Below are positions 37,901 to 45,746 of a stretch of DNA of 64,000 nt, piece after piece. Made by a program: the position numbers and the translations under genes. This DNA comes from Lentisphaerota bacterium (lineage in GTDB: Bacteria > Verrucomicrobiota > Lentisphaeria > Victivallales > Victivallaceae), in NCBI GenBank assembly GCA_015061615.1, contig SUWE01000002.1:30023-94022 (forward strand). The letters run 5' to 3'. Position 1 is the first letter of the stretch, and each line of letters starts with the position of its first letter. The notes under the pieces were generated by a model. It saw only the letters and a program-made list of their open reading frames with translations. It was not told the origin of the DNA and did not search any database.

Positions 37901-39487
37901 AGTATGAGTGTTCATTCAAACACTGTGGCAAACAGCACCACCGTTTATGATGGCTACATGTGCATCTGCTCCGGCGGAACGGCGAACAGCACCTACGTTA
38001 ATGGCGGCATGGACATCTGCTCCGGCGGAACGGCGAACAGCACCACCGTTTATGATGGCTACATGTACATCTACTCCGGCGGAATTGCTAACAACACAAT
38101 ACTTAAATATGGCGGCCATATAAGCATCGACGGAACGGCAAACAGTACCACCGTTAATTCAAGTGGCTGGATGAACATCTACTCCGGCGGAACAGCAAGC
38201 AACACAGCAGTTAACTCCGGCGGCAAAATAGACCTCTCCTCCGGTAGTGTTCATCATGGTTCATTGCAGATTGCCAGCGGAGCGGTTGTTTCAGCATACA
38301 GCGGTTCAGTAATTGATTTCACTGTTGCTGACCGAAAAACCTCCGATGGTTATCTGATCAATCATTTGTCTCTTATTAAAGGCGCTCCGACTTACACTAT
38401 CACCGTTTCGGCAGATCAGGAGTTCGGAACTTACAAACTTGCTCAGGGAGCGGGCAGTTTCAATAAAACTATTACTATTGGCGATGGTTCGGTCAATTAC
38501 GGTTCACTTACCGTCAATGGAGAAGCCATTGAATACGACGGTTCAACCTATAAGTTGGTAAAAAACGACGGTAACTTGAAACTTTGTGTAACTGTTGCTG
38601 ATGAGTCTGTATCAGATGACCTTGACGGTAACGGTCTTGCCGATGTTATTCTCGTCCACACGAAGCAGGGATATTCCGGAGCTTGGCTTACAACAGGAGA
38701 TGCTTCGGTTATCAAGTGGGGCAACCTCGGCAATGTCAATGACAAAGTTGAACTTGTCGGAATGGGTAATGTCAAAGGAACTTCTACCAATGGTTCCGAT
38801 ATCATCATGAAAATCGGTACCACCGTTGCCGCATGGGTCACTGATGGCGGCAAAGTCAAGAGCTATAAGGAACTTTACACCCTGAAATCCAACATGAATA
38901 TGCTTGGAATCGGTGACTTTGACGGTGACGGCGTGACCGATTACCTGCTGCGTTCCACCGCCGGAGACCTCGGCTATGTCACCGGAGATGACAACAAGTG
39001 GCACTATATCAAAGGTCTTGGCAAAGAGTGGAAAATCTCCGCTGTCGGCGACCTTAACGGCGATGGATGTGACGATGTGATCGTCCGTCATGATGCCGGA
39101 TTCACCGGCGCTTACATGATTGATGAAAACGGAAAAGTCACCTGGGCAAGTCTCGACACCCTGAAAAGTGATATGACTATTGTCGGAACGGGAGACTTCA
39201 ACGGTGACGGTGTGGATGACGTTCTCCTTCAGAACAAATCCAACGGCTGGGTCGGAGCATGGCTCGTTGAAAACGGTCGTGTTGACTCCTTCATCGGTCT
39301 TTGCAACAACAAAAACACCATTGAGCAGATTGCCGACTTCAACGGTGACGGGATCGACGACCTCCGCATCCGTGCCGAAAAAGGCGATATCGGCGTTCTC
39401 TACGTCAACGGCGCCGACGATACCACATGGAAATATTTCCAAAGTGTCGGTAAAGAGTGGGATACCTCCTTTTCCGCCCTTGCATAG
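34904..39487 (+). CDS. Giant AIDA-type repeat protein with a C-terminal FG-GAP/VCBS-like propeller (1528 aa)
   Basis: ATG 34904 (MARYDIYSGMVSSGLTL) is homologous to the start of the upstream paralog, including the leader GGCA(A)GTTTTATGGCA. The body is dozens of SGGTANSTTVN-type repeats. The C-terminal ~330 aa are near-identical to the upstream gene. Confidence 0.85.
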   Translation: MARYDIYSGMVSSGLTLRYDSMYISSAGTANNTTVNSYCYMHISSGGTANSTTVNSDGYIYIYSGGTANSTTVNSSGWMGIYSGGTANSTTVNSSGWMGIYSGGTANSTTVNDGGSMYISSGGTANSTTVNSNGHMYIYSGGTATDIVAQSGAWLGITVAPNTYIQGTYNGSAFEMKNAYISGYTIYEGCYMYISSGGTANNTTVNSGGTITISSGGVANSLTLSAGAFLGGFAFAEDKYWEIINGTVKIADKVYISGSKMWIYSGGTANRTTVNGGGSMYISSGGTANSTTVDGAVMYISSGGTANSTTVNDGGSMYISSGGTANSTTVNYWGFMDIYSGGEANSTTVNDWGFMYISSGGEANSTTVNYGGNMSIDYGGTANSTTVNYGGNMSIDYGGTAYNITVNSGGTIRISSGGVANSLTLSAGAFLGGFAFTEDKYWEIINGTVKIADKVYIRGSQMWINSGGTANDTTVNSDAVMDIYSGGTANNTTVNSGGHIYISYGGVANSLTLSAGACLGGFAFAEDKYFAKINNGSAIIADNVYILGMNMHISSGGTVNGTIISSGAMYISSGGTANNTTVDFAGSMYIYSGGTANSTTVNWNGHMYINTGGTANNTSVDGGHMYINGGTANYTTVNSRGNMHVWAGTANNVAVNSGCSVYIYGGVVNSLTLSAGACLGGFAFTEDKYWEIINGTVKIADNVYISGSQMWINSGGTANSTTVNSSGGMFINSGGTANSSTVNRGGGMYINSGGTANNTTVDFAGAMYISSGGTANNTTVDGGVMYINSGGTANSTTVVDSGHMYISSNGAAYSTIVNGGYIDISTWGTANNTTVDGGSIYIKSGGMANSTTVDRGCMYIRSNGAAYSTTVNSGGTIRLSSGGKANSTTVNDGGAMDIYSGGTAAAIKENGGFVYVADGANVTFASNTITGITLSNTSMSVHSNTVANSTTVNSNSDMYIYSGGTANAIKENGGYVHIDDSANVTFASNTITGITLSNTSMSVHSNTVANSTTVYDGYMCICSGGTANSTYVNGGMDICSGGTANSTTVYDGYMYIYSGGIANNTILKYGGHISIDGTANSTTVNSSGWMNIYSGGTASNTAVNSGGKIDLSSGSVHHGSLQIASGAVVSAYSGSVIDFTVADRKTSDGYLINHLSLIKGAPTYTITVSADQEFGTYKLAQGAGSFNKTITIGDGSVNYGSLTVNGEAIEYDGSTYKLVKNDGNLKLCVTVADESVSDDLDGNGLADVILVHTKQGYSGAWLTTGDASVIKWGNLGNVNDKVELVGMGNVKGTSTNGSDIIMKIGTTVAAWVTDGGKVKSYKELYTLKSNMNMLGIGDFDGDGVTDYLLRSTAGDLGYVTGDDNKWHYIKGLGKEWKISAVGDLNGDGCDDVIVRHDAGFTGAYMIDENGKVTWASLDTLKSDMTIVGTGDFNGDGVDDVLLQNKSNGWVGAWLVENGRVDSFIGLCNNKNTIEQIADFNGDGIDDLRIRAEKGDIGVLYVNGADDTTWKYFQSVGKEWDTSFSALA

Positions 39488-39499
39488 TCTGTTAAAAAT

Positions 39500-39537
39500 A
39501 AACGTGCCGCACTCTATAAAAAGAATGCGGCACGTTT
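39500..39537. terminator. Bidirectional hairpin terminator
   Basis: AAACGTGCCGCA (39500-39511) pairs with TGCGGCACGTTT (39526-39537). It is flanked by an A-run upstream and TTTTGTTT downstream, between convergent genes. Confidence 0.75.
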
Positions 39538-39548
39538 TGTTTATCTCA

Positions 39549-40013
39549 TTAAAATTGCTCTGACATCTCATCAGCCAATTTGAATACCAGAGAGGGGGAA
39601 AATCCTCTTGATATCATAAAGCGAAAAAGTTTTTCCCGTTTTTTGCGGGGATCGTTTTCTCTTGACAGCAAACGCAATTTGCCTTCCATTGCCCGCCGGG
39701 CGGCTTCTTCTTCCTCTTCCGGCTTACTTTCCAGCAATCCGGAAATTTCTTCTCCGTCAAGCCCCCGTCTCAGCAATTTCTGTCTGATTTGCCTTGCTCC
39801 CAGATTCCGCTGATGAAGGATATCCACACAATCAGCGGTAAGCTGTTCATCGTTAAGGTAATGAAGTTTCACACACTCCGCGATCGCCGAATCGCACTCC
39901 GCATCTGAATAGCCTGCCTTACGCAGTTTCAAAAGCAGTTCTTTTTCACTCAAACTGCGTGCCGCCAAAAAATTCATCGCTTTGGCAAGTGCCGAAGGAC
40001 GCTCCCGGGGCAT
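39549..40013 (-). CDS. recX: Regulatory protein RecX
   Basis: ALAKAMNFLAARSLSEKELLLKLRKAGYSDAECDSAIAECVKLHYLNDEQL and repeated three-helix modules. ATG 40013 avoids overlap with apgM. Confidence 0.8.
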   Translation of the reverse strand: MPRERPSALAKAMNFLAARSLSEKELLLKLRKAGYSDAECDSAIAECVKLHYLNDEQLTADCVDILHQRNLGARQIRQKLLRRGLDGEEISGLLESKPEEEEEAARRAMEGKLRLLSRENDPRKKREKLFRFMISRGFSPSLVFKLADEMSEQF

Positions 40014-40017
40014 CAGC

Positions 40018-41235
40018 TCAAATCTCCAGCACTTTACGGACAAGTTCTTCTTTTTGCAGCAATCCGAGCGTTCCGGACGGCGCAAGCGTTTCGCTGAAAA
40101 CTGTTATATTGTCCGGAGTTACTGCCGGTCCGCAAATTGCAAGGGGGACTGGAGTCGTAGTATGTTTGCGCAATTTTATCGGGACCGGGTGGTCGGGAAG
40201 AACCGCAAAGTTGCACTCCGTTCCTTCCATTGCTTTCAGAACCGGAGCAACTACATTTGCATCAAATTCTTCGATCGCCCGGAGCTTCAGCTGCAGATCG
40301 CCGAGATGCGAACACTCATCTATTGCTTCGAGGTGAAGATAAACAAGATCGTTTTCTTTGATCGCTTCAAGCGCGGCGGCAACTTTTCCGGCATAGTTGG
40401 TATCCAGAAATCCGGTGGCTCCCGGAACTTCGATAACACTCATTCCAGTACATTTGCCCAAACCTTTTATCACATCCACGGCACTGATGACCGCTCCTTT
40501 GCGTCCTGCATAGCGTTCACTGAAAAGCTGCATTGCGGGACGGTAGCCCGGACTCCACGGCCAAATCCAGTTCGCCGGACTTTTCCGGTTCGCGTTGAGC
40601 GGATGAGCCGCCAGAAACTTCGCCGCTTTCGCAGAAAGTTCTTCAAGAAATTTCACCGTATACGCCGCTTCTTTTGAATCATCAAGCGGTTTGAGCCGCA
40701 GTTCCGCAACCGGAATATCCTGTGATGAATCAGGTTTCTGATAATCGATTTTGTCTGAAAACTGTTTGCCGTGAAGCACCAGAAGATTCCGGTAGCTCAC
40801 TCCGTGATGGAAGGTGACTTCCTCTGAGTCAAACTCTTCTTTCAGTGCCGCCATCAGTATTGCCGAATCCTCGTCGCTCAAATGACCGGCAGAGTAATCA
40901 CGCAGAACATCATCATCAGAAACGTAGACAAGGTTGCATCTCCAGGCAACGTCATCTTCGGCAAGTTCGATTCCCTGACTTGCCGCCTCTATCGGTCCTC
41001 TGCCGGGATAATTCAACTCCGGCTGAAAACCGAGAACGGACATGTTGGCAACATCAGAACTTGTCGGTAATCCGGGGGGCAAAGTGCGGAATGTTCCACT
41101 TGCACCGCGTGCCGCAATGGAATCCATCGCAGGAGTGTTTGCATATTCAAGCGGAGTTTTGCCGTTTAATTCCGGCAACGGGTCGTCTGCCATGCCATCA
41201 GGCAGAAAAATTATGGCTTTGCGAAAGTTTTTCAT
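40018..41235 (-). CDS. apgM: Cofactor-independent phosphoglycerate mutase, archaeal-type (ApgM family)
   Basis: 405 aa. IIFLPDGMADDPLPELNGKTPLEYANTPAMDSIA and LHLEAIDECSHLGD motifs. Confidence 0.85.
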   Translation of the reverse strand: MKNFRKAIIFLPDGMADDPLPELNGKTPLEYANTPAMDSIAARGASGTFRTLPPGLPTSSDVANMSVLGFQPELNYPGRGPIEAASQGIELAEDDVAWRCNLVYVSDDDVLRDYSAGHLSDEDSAILMAALKEEFDSEEVTFHHGVSYRNLLVLHGKQFSDKIDYQKPDSSQDIPVAELRLKPLDDSKEAAYTVKFLEELSAKAAKFLAAHPLNANRKSPANWIWPWSPGYRPAMQLFSERYAGRKGAVISAVDVIKGLGKCTGMSVIEVPGATGFLDTNYAGKVAAALEAIKENDLVYLHLEAIDECSHLGDLQLKLRAIEEFDANVVAPVLKAMEGTECNFAVLPDHPVPIKLRKHTTTPVPLAICGPAVTPDNITVFSETLAPSGTLGLLQKEELVRKVLEI

Positions 41236-41238
41236 GGT

Positions 41239-41523
41239 TCAAATATTCAGTAATGCAATTATTTCATCAGGAGTTTTACCTGAAATCCTTACAACTTTAT
41301 CTCTGCTGCATTCGCCGCTTTTCAATTCAACTGCGTTTTTGGATATACCTAATATGCCAGCGAGAAACTTTATCAGTGCGGCATTTGCCTTGCCGTCAAC
41401 CGGAGGGGATTGCAAATCTATTTTGACCGCATCTCCGAAGGTCCCGTTGACGGCACTGCGTTTGGCTCCCGGGTGGATTTTCAGTTTGAGCAGAACTGCA
41501 CCTGAGCTTTCCACCCGTACCAT
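41239..41523 (-). CDS. DUF167 (YggU) family protein
   Basis: LKIHPGAKRSAVNG...PPVDGKANAALIKFLAGILGISKNAVELKSGECSRDKVVRI. The start is uncertain: ATG 41523, or ATG 41538 which overlaps the ftsH stop. Confidence 0.8.
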   Translation of the reverse strand: MVRVESSGAVLLKLKIHPGAKRSAVNGTFGDAVKIDLQSPPVDGKANAALIKFLAGILGISKNAVELKSGECSRDKVVRISGKTPDEIIALLNI

Positions 41524-41530
41524 TCCAGCT

Positions 41531-43480
41531 TCAGGCATCAGCTTGCTCTCCGGTTTCAACTGCCGGTTCCGCCGCAACTGATTCGCTGCTGTTTTCACTT
41601 GCCGGAGTCAACCCCAGAAGCTCATTGATCTGGGCAATAGAAATTGTTTCTTTTACCAGAAGTTCCTCTGCGATCTTATCCAGCTGGTCACGGTGTTCCG
41701 TAAGACAGTTGAGCGCATTTTTGTATGCTTCGTCGATAAGTGCGCGGACTTCCATATCAATCTCACGCTCGGTTTCGTTGGAAATACCATCCGGCGGCAA
41801 TCCGTCGATGCGCATGTGGGGATGATTGGTGAAATCTCCCATTTTTATCGGACCGAGCTTGCTCATTCCGAACTGACAGACCATCTTACGGGCAATACCG
41901 GTAAGGTGTTCAATATCCGCAGATGCTCCGGTGGTGACATCGCCGAATACGATTTCTTCCGCGGCCCTTCCGCCAAGTGACATCGCCATCATCGCCTTGA
42001 GTTCAAGTTTACTCTTGGTGTAGGTATCCTCTTTGGGCATCATGAAAGTTGCTCCGAGAGCTGATTGCCCACGGGGGATGATCGTCACCTTGTGGACCGG
42101 AACACAATATTCATTGTGCAGAGCAACGAGAGTATGTCCGGCTTCATGGTAAGCAGTAAGTTTTCTTTCACGGTCATTGATACGGCGGCTGCGCCGTTCT
42201 GTTCCGTAACTCACCTTGTCGCGTGCTTCTTCAAGCTCATCCTGAGTTATCTCATCCTTGTTTCTGCGGGCGGCAAGAAGCGCCGCTTCATTGCAGAGAT
42301 TTGCAAGATCAGCACCGCTGAATCCGGGGGTTGTACGGGCTATGACATCAAGATCAATGGAATCCGCAACTTTTATCTTTTTCACATGAACATCAAGTAT
42401 CTGTCTTCTGCCGGTGATATCCGGCAGATCCATCACCACCTGACGGTCGAAACGTCCGGGGCGGAGCAGTGCCGGATCAAGCACATCCGGGCGGTTTGTT
42501 GCCGCCAGAACGATAACTCCGTTACGGCTTTCCAGACCATCCATTTCAACGAGCATGGCGTTGAGAGTCTGTTCCCTTTCATCATGTCCGCCGCCCCAGC
42601 CGGAAAAGCGGGAACGACCGACCGCGTCGATTTCGTCGATAAAGATAAGACACGGAGTGTTTTTGCGCGCCTGATCAAACATGTCGCGGACACGGCTTGC
42701 ACCGACACCGACGAACATTTCAACAAAGTCAGAACCGCTGATCGAGAAAAACGGCACCCCTGCTTCACAGGCAACAGCTTTTGCCATAAGAGTTTTTCCG
42801 GTACCGGGATTGCCGACCAGCAGGCAGCCTTTGGGGATGCGTCCGCCGACCAGTTGAAAACGCAAAGGATCGCGGAGATATTCGACGATTTCCCCGATCT
42901 CCTCTTTCGCCTCATCGGCTCCGGCAATGTCACTGAAATGGATATTCAGCTCATCCGGCGGGATCATGCGCGCCTTACTCTTACCGAAATCCATTGCTCC
43001 GTGACCATTCATCCGCATCTGACGGACAGATATCAGGTAGATGACTCCGATGATCAGCAGTACCGGCAGCACACTGGCAAGAATGAAGTTCCAGAAACCG
43101 GAATTGTCATTTTCGACAGTGATTTTAGCCCCGGACTCCCGCATGCTTTTTTCCAGATCAGCAGACAGGATCACGCGGGAAATGTACTGATTGCCTCTTT
43201 CGTCGGAGGTTTTTTCTTTCAGTTTACCTTCAACATTGTAAACATTTTCACCATCCGGAATAAGCACGATACTTTCGATCGCCTTATCTTTCAACCGCTG
43301 CTCAAAGATGCTCTGATTCAGGTCATGTTTCTGCTCCGGACTGCATGATTTGAAAAGGATCATGCTGCCGAGAATCAGCATGATAAGCAGCCAGACAAAC
43401 CCCGCTTTTGAACGCTGGGGAGCTGAACCGCCGGGGTATTTGTTTTTTTCCGGTGCCCCGGAATTGTTATTATAGCTCAT
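41531..43480 (-). CDS. ftsH: ATP-dependent zinc metalloprotease FtsH
   Basis: 649 aa. [15 protein letters not shown] (Walker A), IIFIDEIDA (Walker B), the SRH region, the HEAGH zinc motif, and two N-terminal TM helices. Confidence 0.97.
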   Translation of the reverse strand: MSYNNNSGAPEKNKYPGGSAPQRSKAGFVWLLIMLILGSMILFKSCSPEQKHDLNQSIFEQRLKDKAIESIVLIPDGENVYNVEGKLKEKTSDERGNQYISRVILSADLEKSMRESGAKITVENDNSGFWNFILASVLPVLLIIGVIYLISVRQMRMNGHGAMDFGKSKARMIPPDELNIHFSDIAGADEAKEEIGEIVEYLRDPLRFQLVGGRIPKGCLLVGNPGTGKTLMAKAVACEAGVPFFSISGSDFVEMFVGVGASRVRDMFDQARKNTPCLIFIDEIDAVGRSRFSGWGGGHDEREQTLNAMLVEMDGLESRNGVIVLAATNRPDVLDPALLRPGRFDRQVVMDLPDITGRRQILDVHVKKIKVADSIDLDVIARTTPGFSGADLANLCNEAALLAARRNKDEITQDELEEARDKVSYGTERRSRRINDRERKLTAYHEAGHTLVALHNEYCVPVHKVTIIPRGQSALGATFMMPKEDTYTKSKLELKAMMAMSLGGRAAEEIVFGDVTTGASADIEHLTGIARKMVCQFGMSKLGPIKMGDFTNHPHMRIDGLPPDGISNETEREIDMEVRALIDEAYKNALNCLTEHRDQLDKIAEELLVKETISIAQINELLGLTPASENSSESVAAEPAVETGEQADA

Positions 43481-43505
43481 TGAATCCTCAAAATGGTAAA
43501 AAATG

Positions 43506-44033
43506 TCACTTGAACATTTTTATGATTGTCATGAAAACAAACGCGAGCACCATAATACCGCAGGCGGCGATGATGATTTTCATCAGCATATTGGTCTGCT
43601 CATTCTTTTTCTTTTCCTGCATCATACGGGCGCTGAAGTTGGAAAGGGTCTGTGTCGTGGCGGTGTTGGTAACGGTATTGCCCAAGTCGATAGTATGGGT
43701 GATATGCTGATCTTCGGCATCACCGGAAACGCCGTCAAAAAGCACTTCCACATGACCGAAGGTAATGAGGTCGGAGTTTTTCAGAACTCTTTCCGTGATC
43801 GGTTCGTTATTCACCTTTGTTCCGTTGGTGGAATCATTGTCGCGGAGGATAAAACAAACCTTTCCATCCTGCACAGAACGGATGATATCTGCATGATGAC
43901 TGCTGACACTGCCGTCAGGAATGGTTATATCCGCAGAGTCTTTTCTGCCGATGCTCATAACCTCCTGATCGATTTCAAAACTTTTGCCGCGCAGCTTTTC
44001 GTAAAGAACTGTAAATTTAGGATTTTTTTCCAT
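43506..44033 (-). CDS. FHA-domain protein with a C-terminal membrane anchor
   Basis: ATG 44033 (MEKNPKF). The FHA core is MSIGRKDSADITIPDGSVSSHHADI...LRDNDSTNGTKVNNEPI...DLITFGHV. The C-terminal TM is IIIAACGIMVLAFVFMTII. Confidence 0.75.
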   Translation of the reverse strand: MEKNPKFTVLYEKLRGKSFEIDQEVMSIGRKDSADITIPDGSVSSHHADIIRSVQDGKVCFILRDNDSTNGTKVNNEPITERVLKNSDLITFGHVEVLFDGVSGDAEDQHITHTIDLGNTVTNTATTQTLSNFSARMMQEKKKNEQTNMLMKIIIAACGIMVLAFVFMTIIKMFK

Positions 44034-44309
44034 GATTTTGACCACACTTTTTTTACTCCTTACGGAGTGTTTAACATAAACAATTATTTTAATATGGCAA
44101 TATAACACCGGAACGCTCTCTTTGCAATAGAAAAAACTCCTGAAAAAGCAGTTTTTTTGAAAAATTTTCACTTTTAATGCAAATATCCTGAAATTATTGC
44201 ACTCCTGGAGTTGAAAAATCACTTCTGCGGGGTTACAGTAAAATAAGAAATTTTTGAACTTTCAATGGGGAATTTTTTTAATTGCCTCCGCAAACATGAG
44301 GATTTTTTA

Positions 44310-45731
44310 ATGCCGAAGGATGATATTCTGCCTTTTCTGCCGGAAACGGGACTTGACCGCCCGAAACGGGTCATTGTCTGTATGAGCGGAACCGGCAGCA
44401 ATGCAGATAATCTGCTTGAAAAAGCGGCAAACGGTCCCCTTGCCTGCCGGATAGAGTGTCTTTTTACCGATGCGCCGGAAACAAGCCGCGCCTGCGAACT
44501 TGGAAAAAAATACAATGTTCCGGTTGAAGCTCTTGATATCCGGAAATTTTATCTCGAACGCGGAGAAAATGATATAAAACTCAATACTCCGGAGCGGCGG
44601 CGTATACGGGACGAGTGGACAGAGGCAGTATGGAAGATCCTTGAACCTTACAAATGTGATTTCGCCGTTTTTGCCGGATTCATACCTTTGACCAATCTTC
44701 CGGAAAAAATTCCGTGTCTGAATGTTCATCCCGGTGATTTGACGGTCGAAAAAGATGGTGTCCGTATTTACGCCGGATTGCATTGTGTTCCGGTTGAGCG
44801 CGCCATTCTTGACGGTAAAAACTTGCGCAGCAGTGTGATTCTGGTGCAGGGATATTCCGGCAGCGGCAAGAAAGATCTCGACGGCGGTCCGGTACTGGGA
44901 ATCTCTCCGTCGGTACCTGTTGAATTCGGCGGATATTCTCTTGAAACGCTTGCGCAAATAAAAGAACAACGGAAGGAGCCGCCTTACAGAGATGCTTTAA
45001 GAGAAACTGCTCTGAGAAATATCGAGTCATTGAAAAAATCCGGAGATCATGTTGTTCTGCCTCAGGCAGTTGAGTTCTTCGCCGCCGGAAGGTATGGGAA
45101 AAATGCCGCCGGAGATTGTTTCTTCAAAGATGACAGCGGAAGTTGGTTACCCATTGAAACGGTAGAGTTTTTTCCGGATAAAGCCCCTGCCCCGCGTATC
45201 AAAAAGAAAAACGCCAAGCGGTCGGCAAATAAACTCATCCGTTTTTTCAAGTACATGTACTCCAAAATGGTGCGTGACAAGGGAACCCCGGATTACATTG
45301 CCCGGGGATGGTCACTCGGAATGTTTGTCGGTTGCGTTGTTCCGGTTTTTTGCCAGCTGATAGTAGCAATACCGTTATCCTTCCTGTTCCGCGGTTCAAA
45401 AATCGGAGCTGCGCTCGGCACTTTCATCACCACCCCTCCGACGGCAGTTTTTATCTATCCGGTACAGATCTGGGTCGGCAATAAAATCATAAACGGAGAT
45501 TTAACTTCTGATTCTGCGGAGAAACTGCTGAAAGTATTCAACGATTCAAATCTGACCTTTGTGCAGAAGTGGAGTGCTTTCGGAGATATGGGGACAGCCC
45601 TGATCGCCGCCTTTTTCGCCGGAGGATTGCTTTGGGCTTTTATAATGACTCCGCTCACCTATTTCGGTGTGCGTTTTCTTGTTGTCCGTTACCGCAGTAT
45701 GCGGAGCAAATTATTCAAAAACAAACAGTGA
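44310..45731 (+). CDS. Fusion of a PurN-like formyltransferase N-domain with a DUF2062 membrane domain
   Basis: ATG 44310 follows GAGGA. N-terminal VIVCMSGTGSNADNLL...FAGFIPL...LNVHPGDL matches Formyl_trans_N. The C-terminal GTPDYIARGWSLGMFVGCVVP...GTFITTPPT is DUF2062-like with TM helices. Confidence 0.6.
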   Translation: MPKDDILPFLPETGLDRPKRVIVCMSGTGSNADNLLEKAANGPLACRIECLFTDAPETSRACELGKKYNVPVEALDIRKFYLERGENDIKLNTPERRRIRDEWTEAVWKILEPYKCDFAVFAGFIPLTNLPEKIPCLNVHPGDLTVEKDGVRIYAGLHCVPVERAILDGKNLRSSVILVQGYSGSGKKDLDGGPVLGISPSVPVEFGGYSLETLAQIKEQRKEPPYRDALRETALRNIESLKKSGDHVVLPQAVEFFAAGRYGKNAAGDCFFKDDSGSWLPIETVEFFPDKAPAPRIKKKNAKRSANKLIRFFKYMYSKMVRDKGTPDYIARGWSLGMFVGCVVPVFCQLIVAIPLSFLFRGSKIGAALGTFITTPPTAVFIYPVQIWVGNKIINGDLTSDSAEKLLKVFNDSNLTFVQKWSAFGDMGTALIAAFFAGGLLWAFIMTPLTYFGVRFLVVRYRSMRSKLFKNKQ

Positions 45732-45746
45732 TTTTATGGTAATCCT

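Noticed and set aside
33644-39571. Antisense ORFs (33644-34447; 38612-39571, 319 aa) and alternative-frame + strand ORFs rich in PAERRTAP (35073-38123) lie inside the adhesin-like genes.
   Set aside because: They are by-products of the highly repetitive, stop-poor coding sequence. The main frame gives a coherent AIDA-repeat/FG-GAP protein along the entire length.
43506-44222. N-terminal extensions offered by the ORF track, for example FHA protein 238 aa, DEAD helicase from 13823, RecX from 40085, pdxK from 49865, HPr from 60326 and LarA-like from 2873.
   Set aside because: The extensions are hydrophobic or low-complexity, and several begin on non-ATG codons. Some overlap neighbouring genes, and none has an RBS. 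Internal ATGs preceded by GGAG/AGGA-type sites give proteins of the family-typical length.
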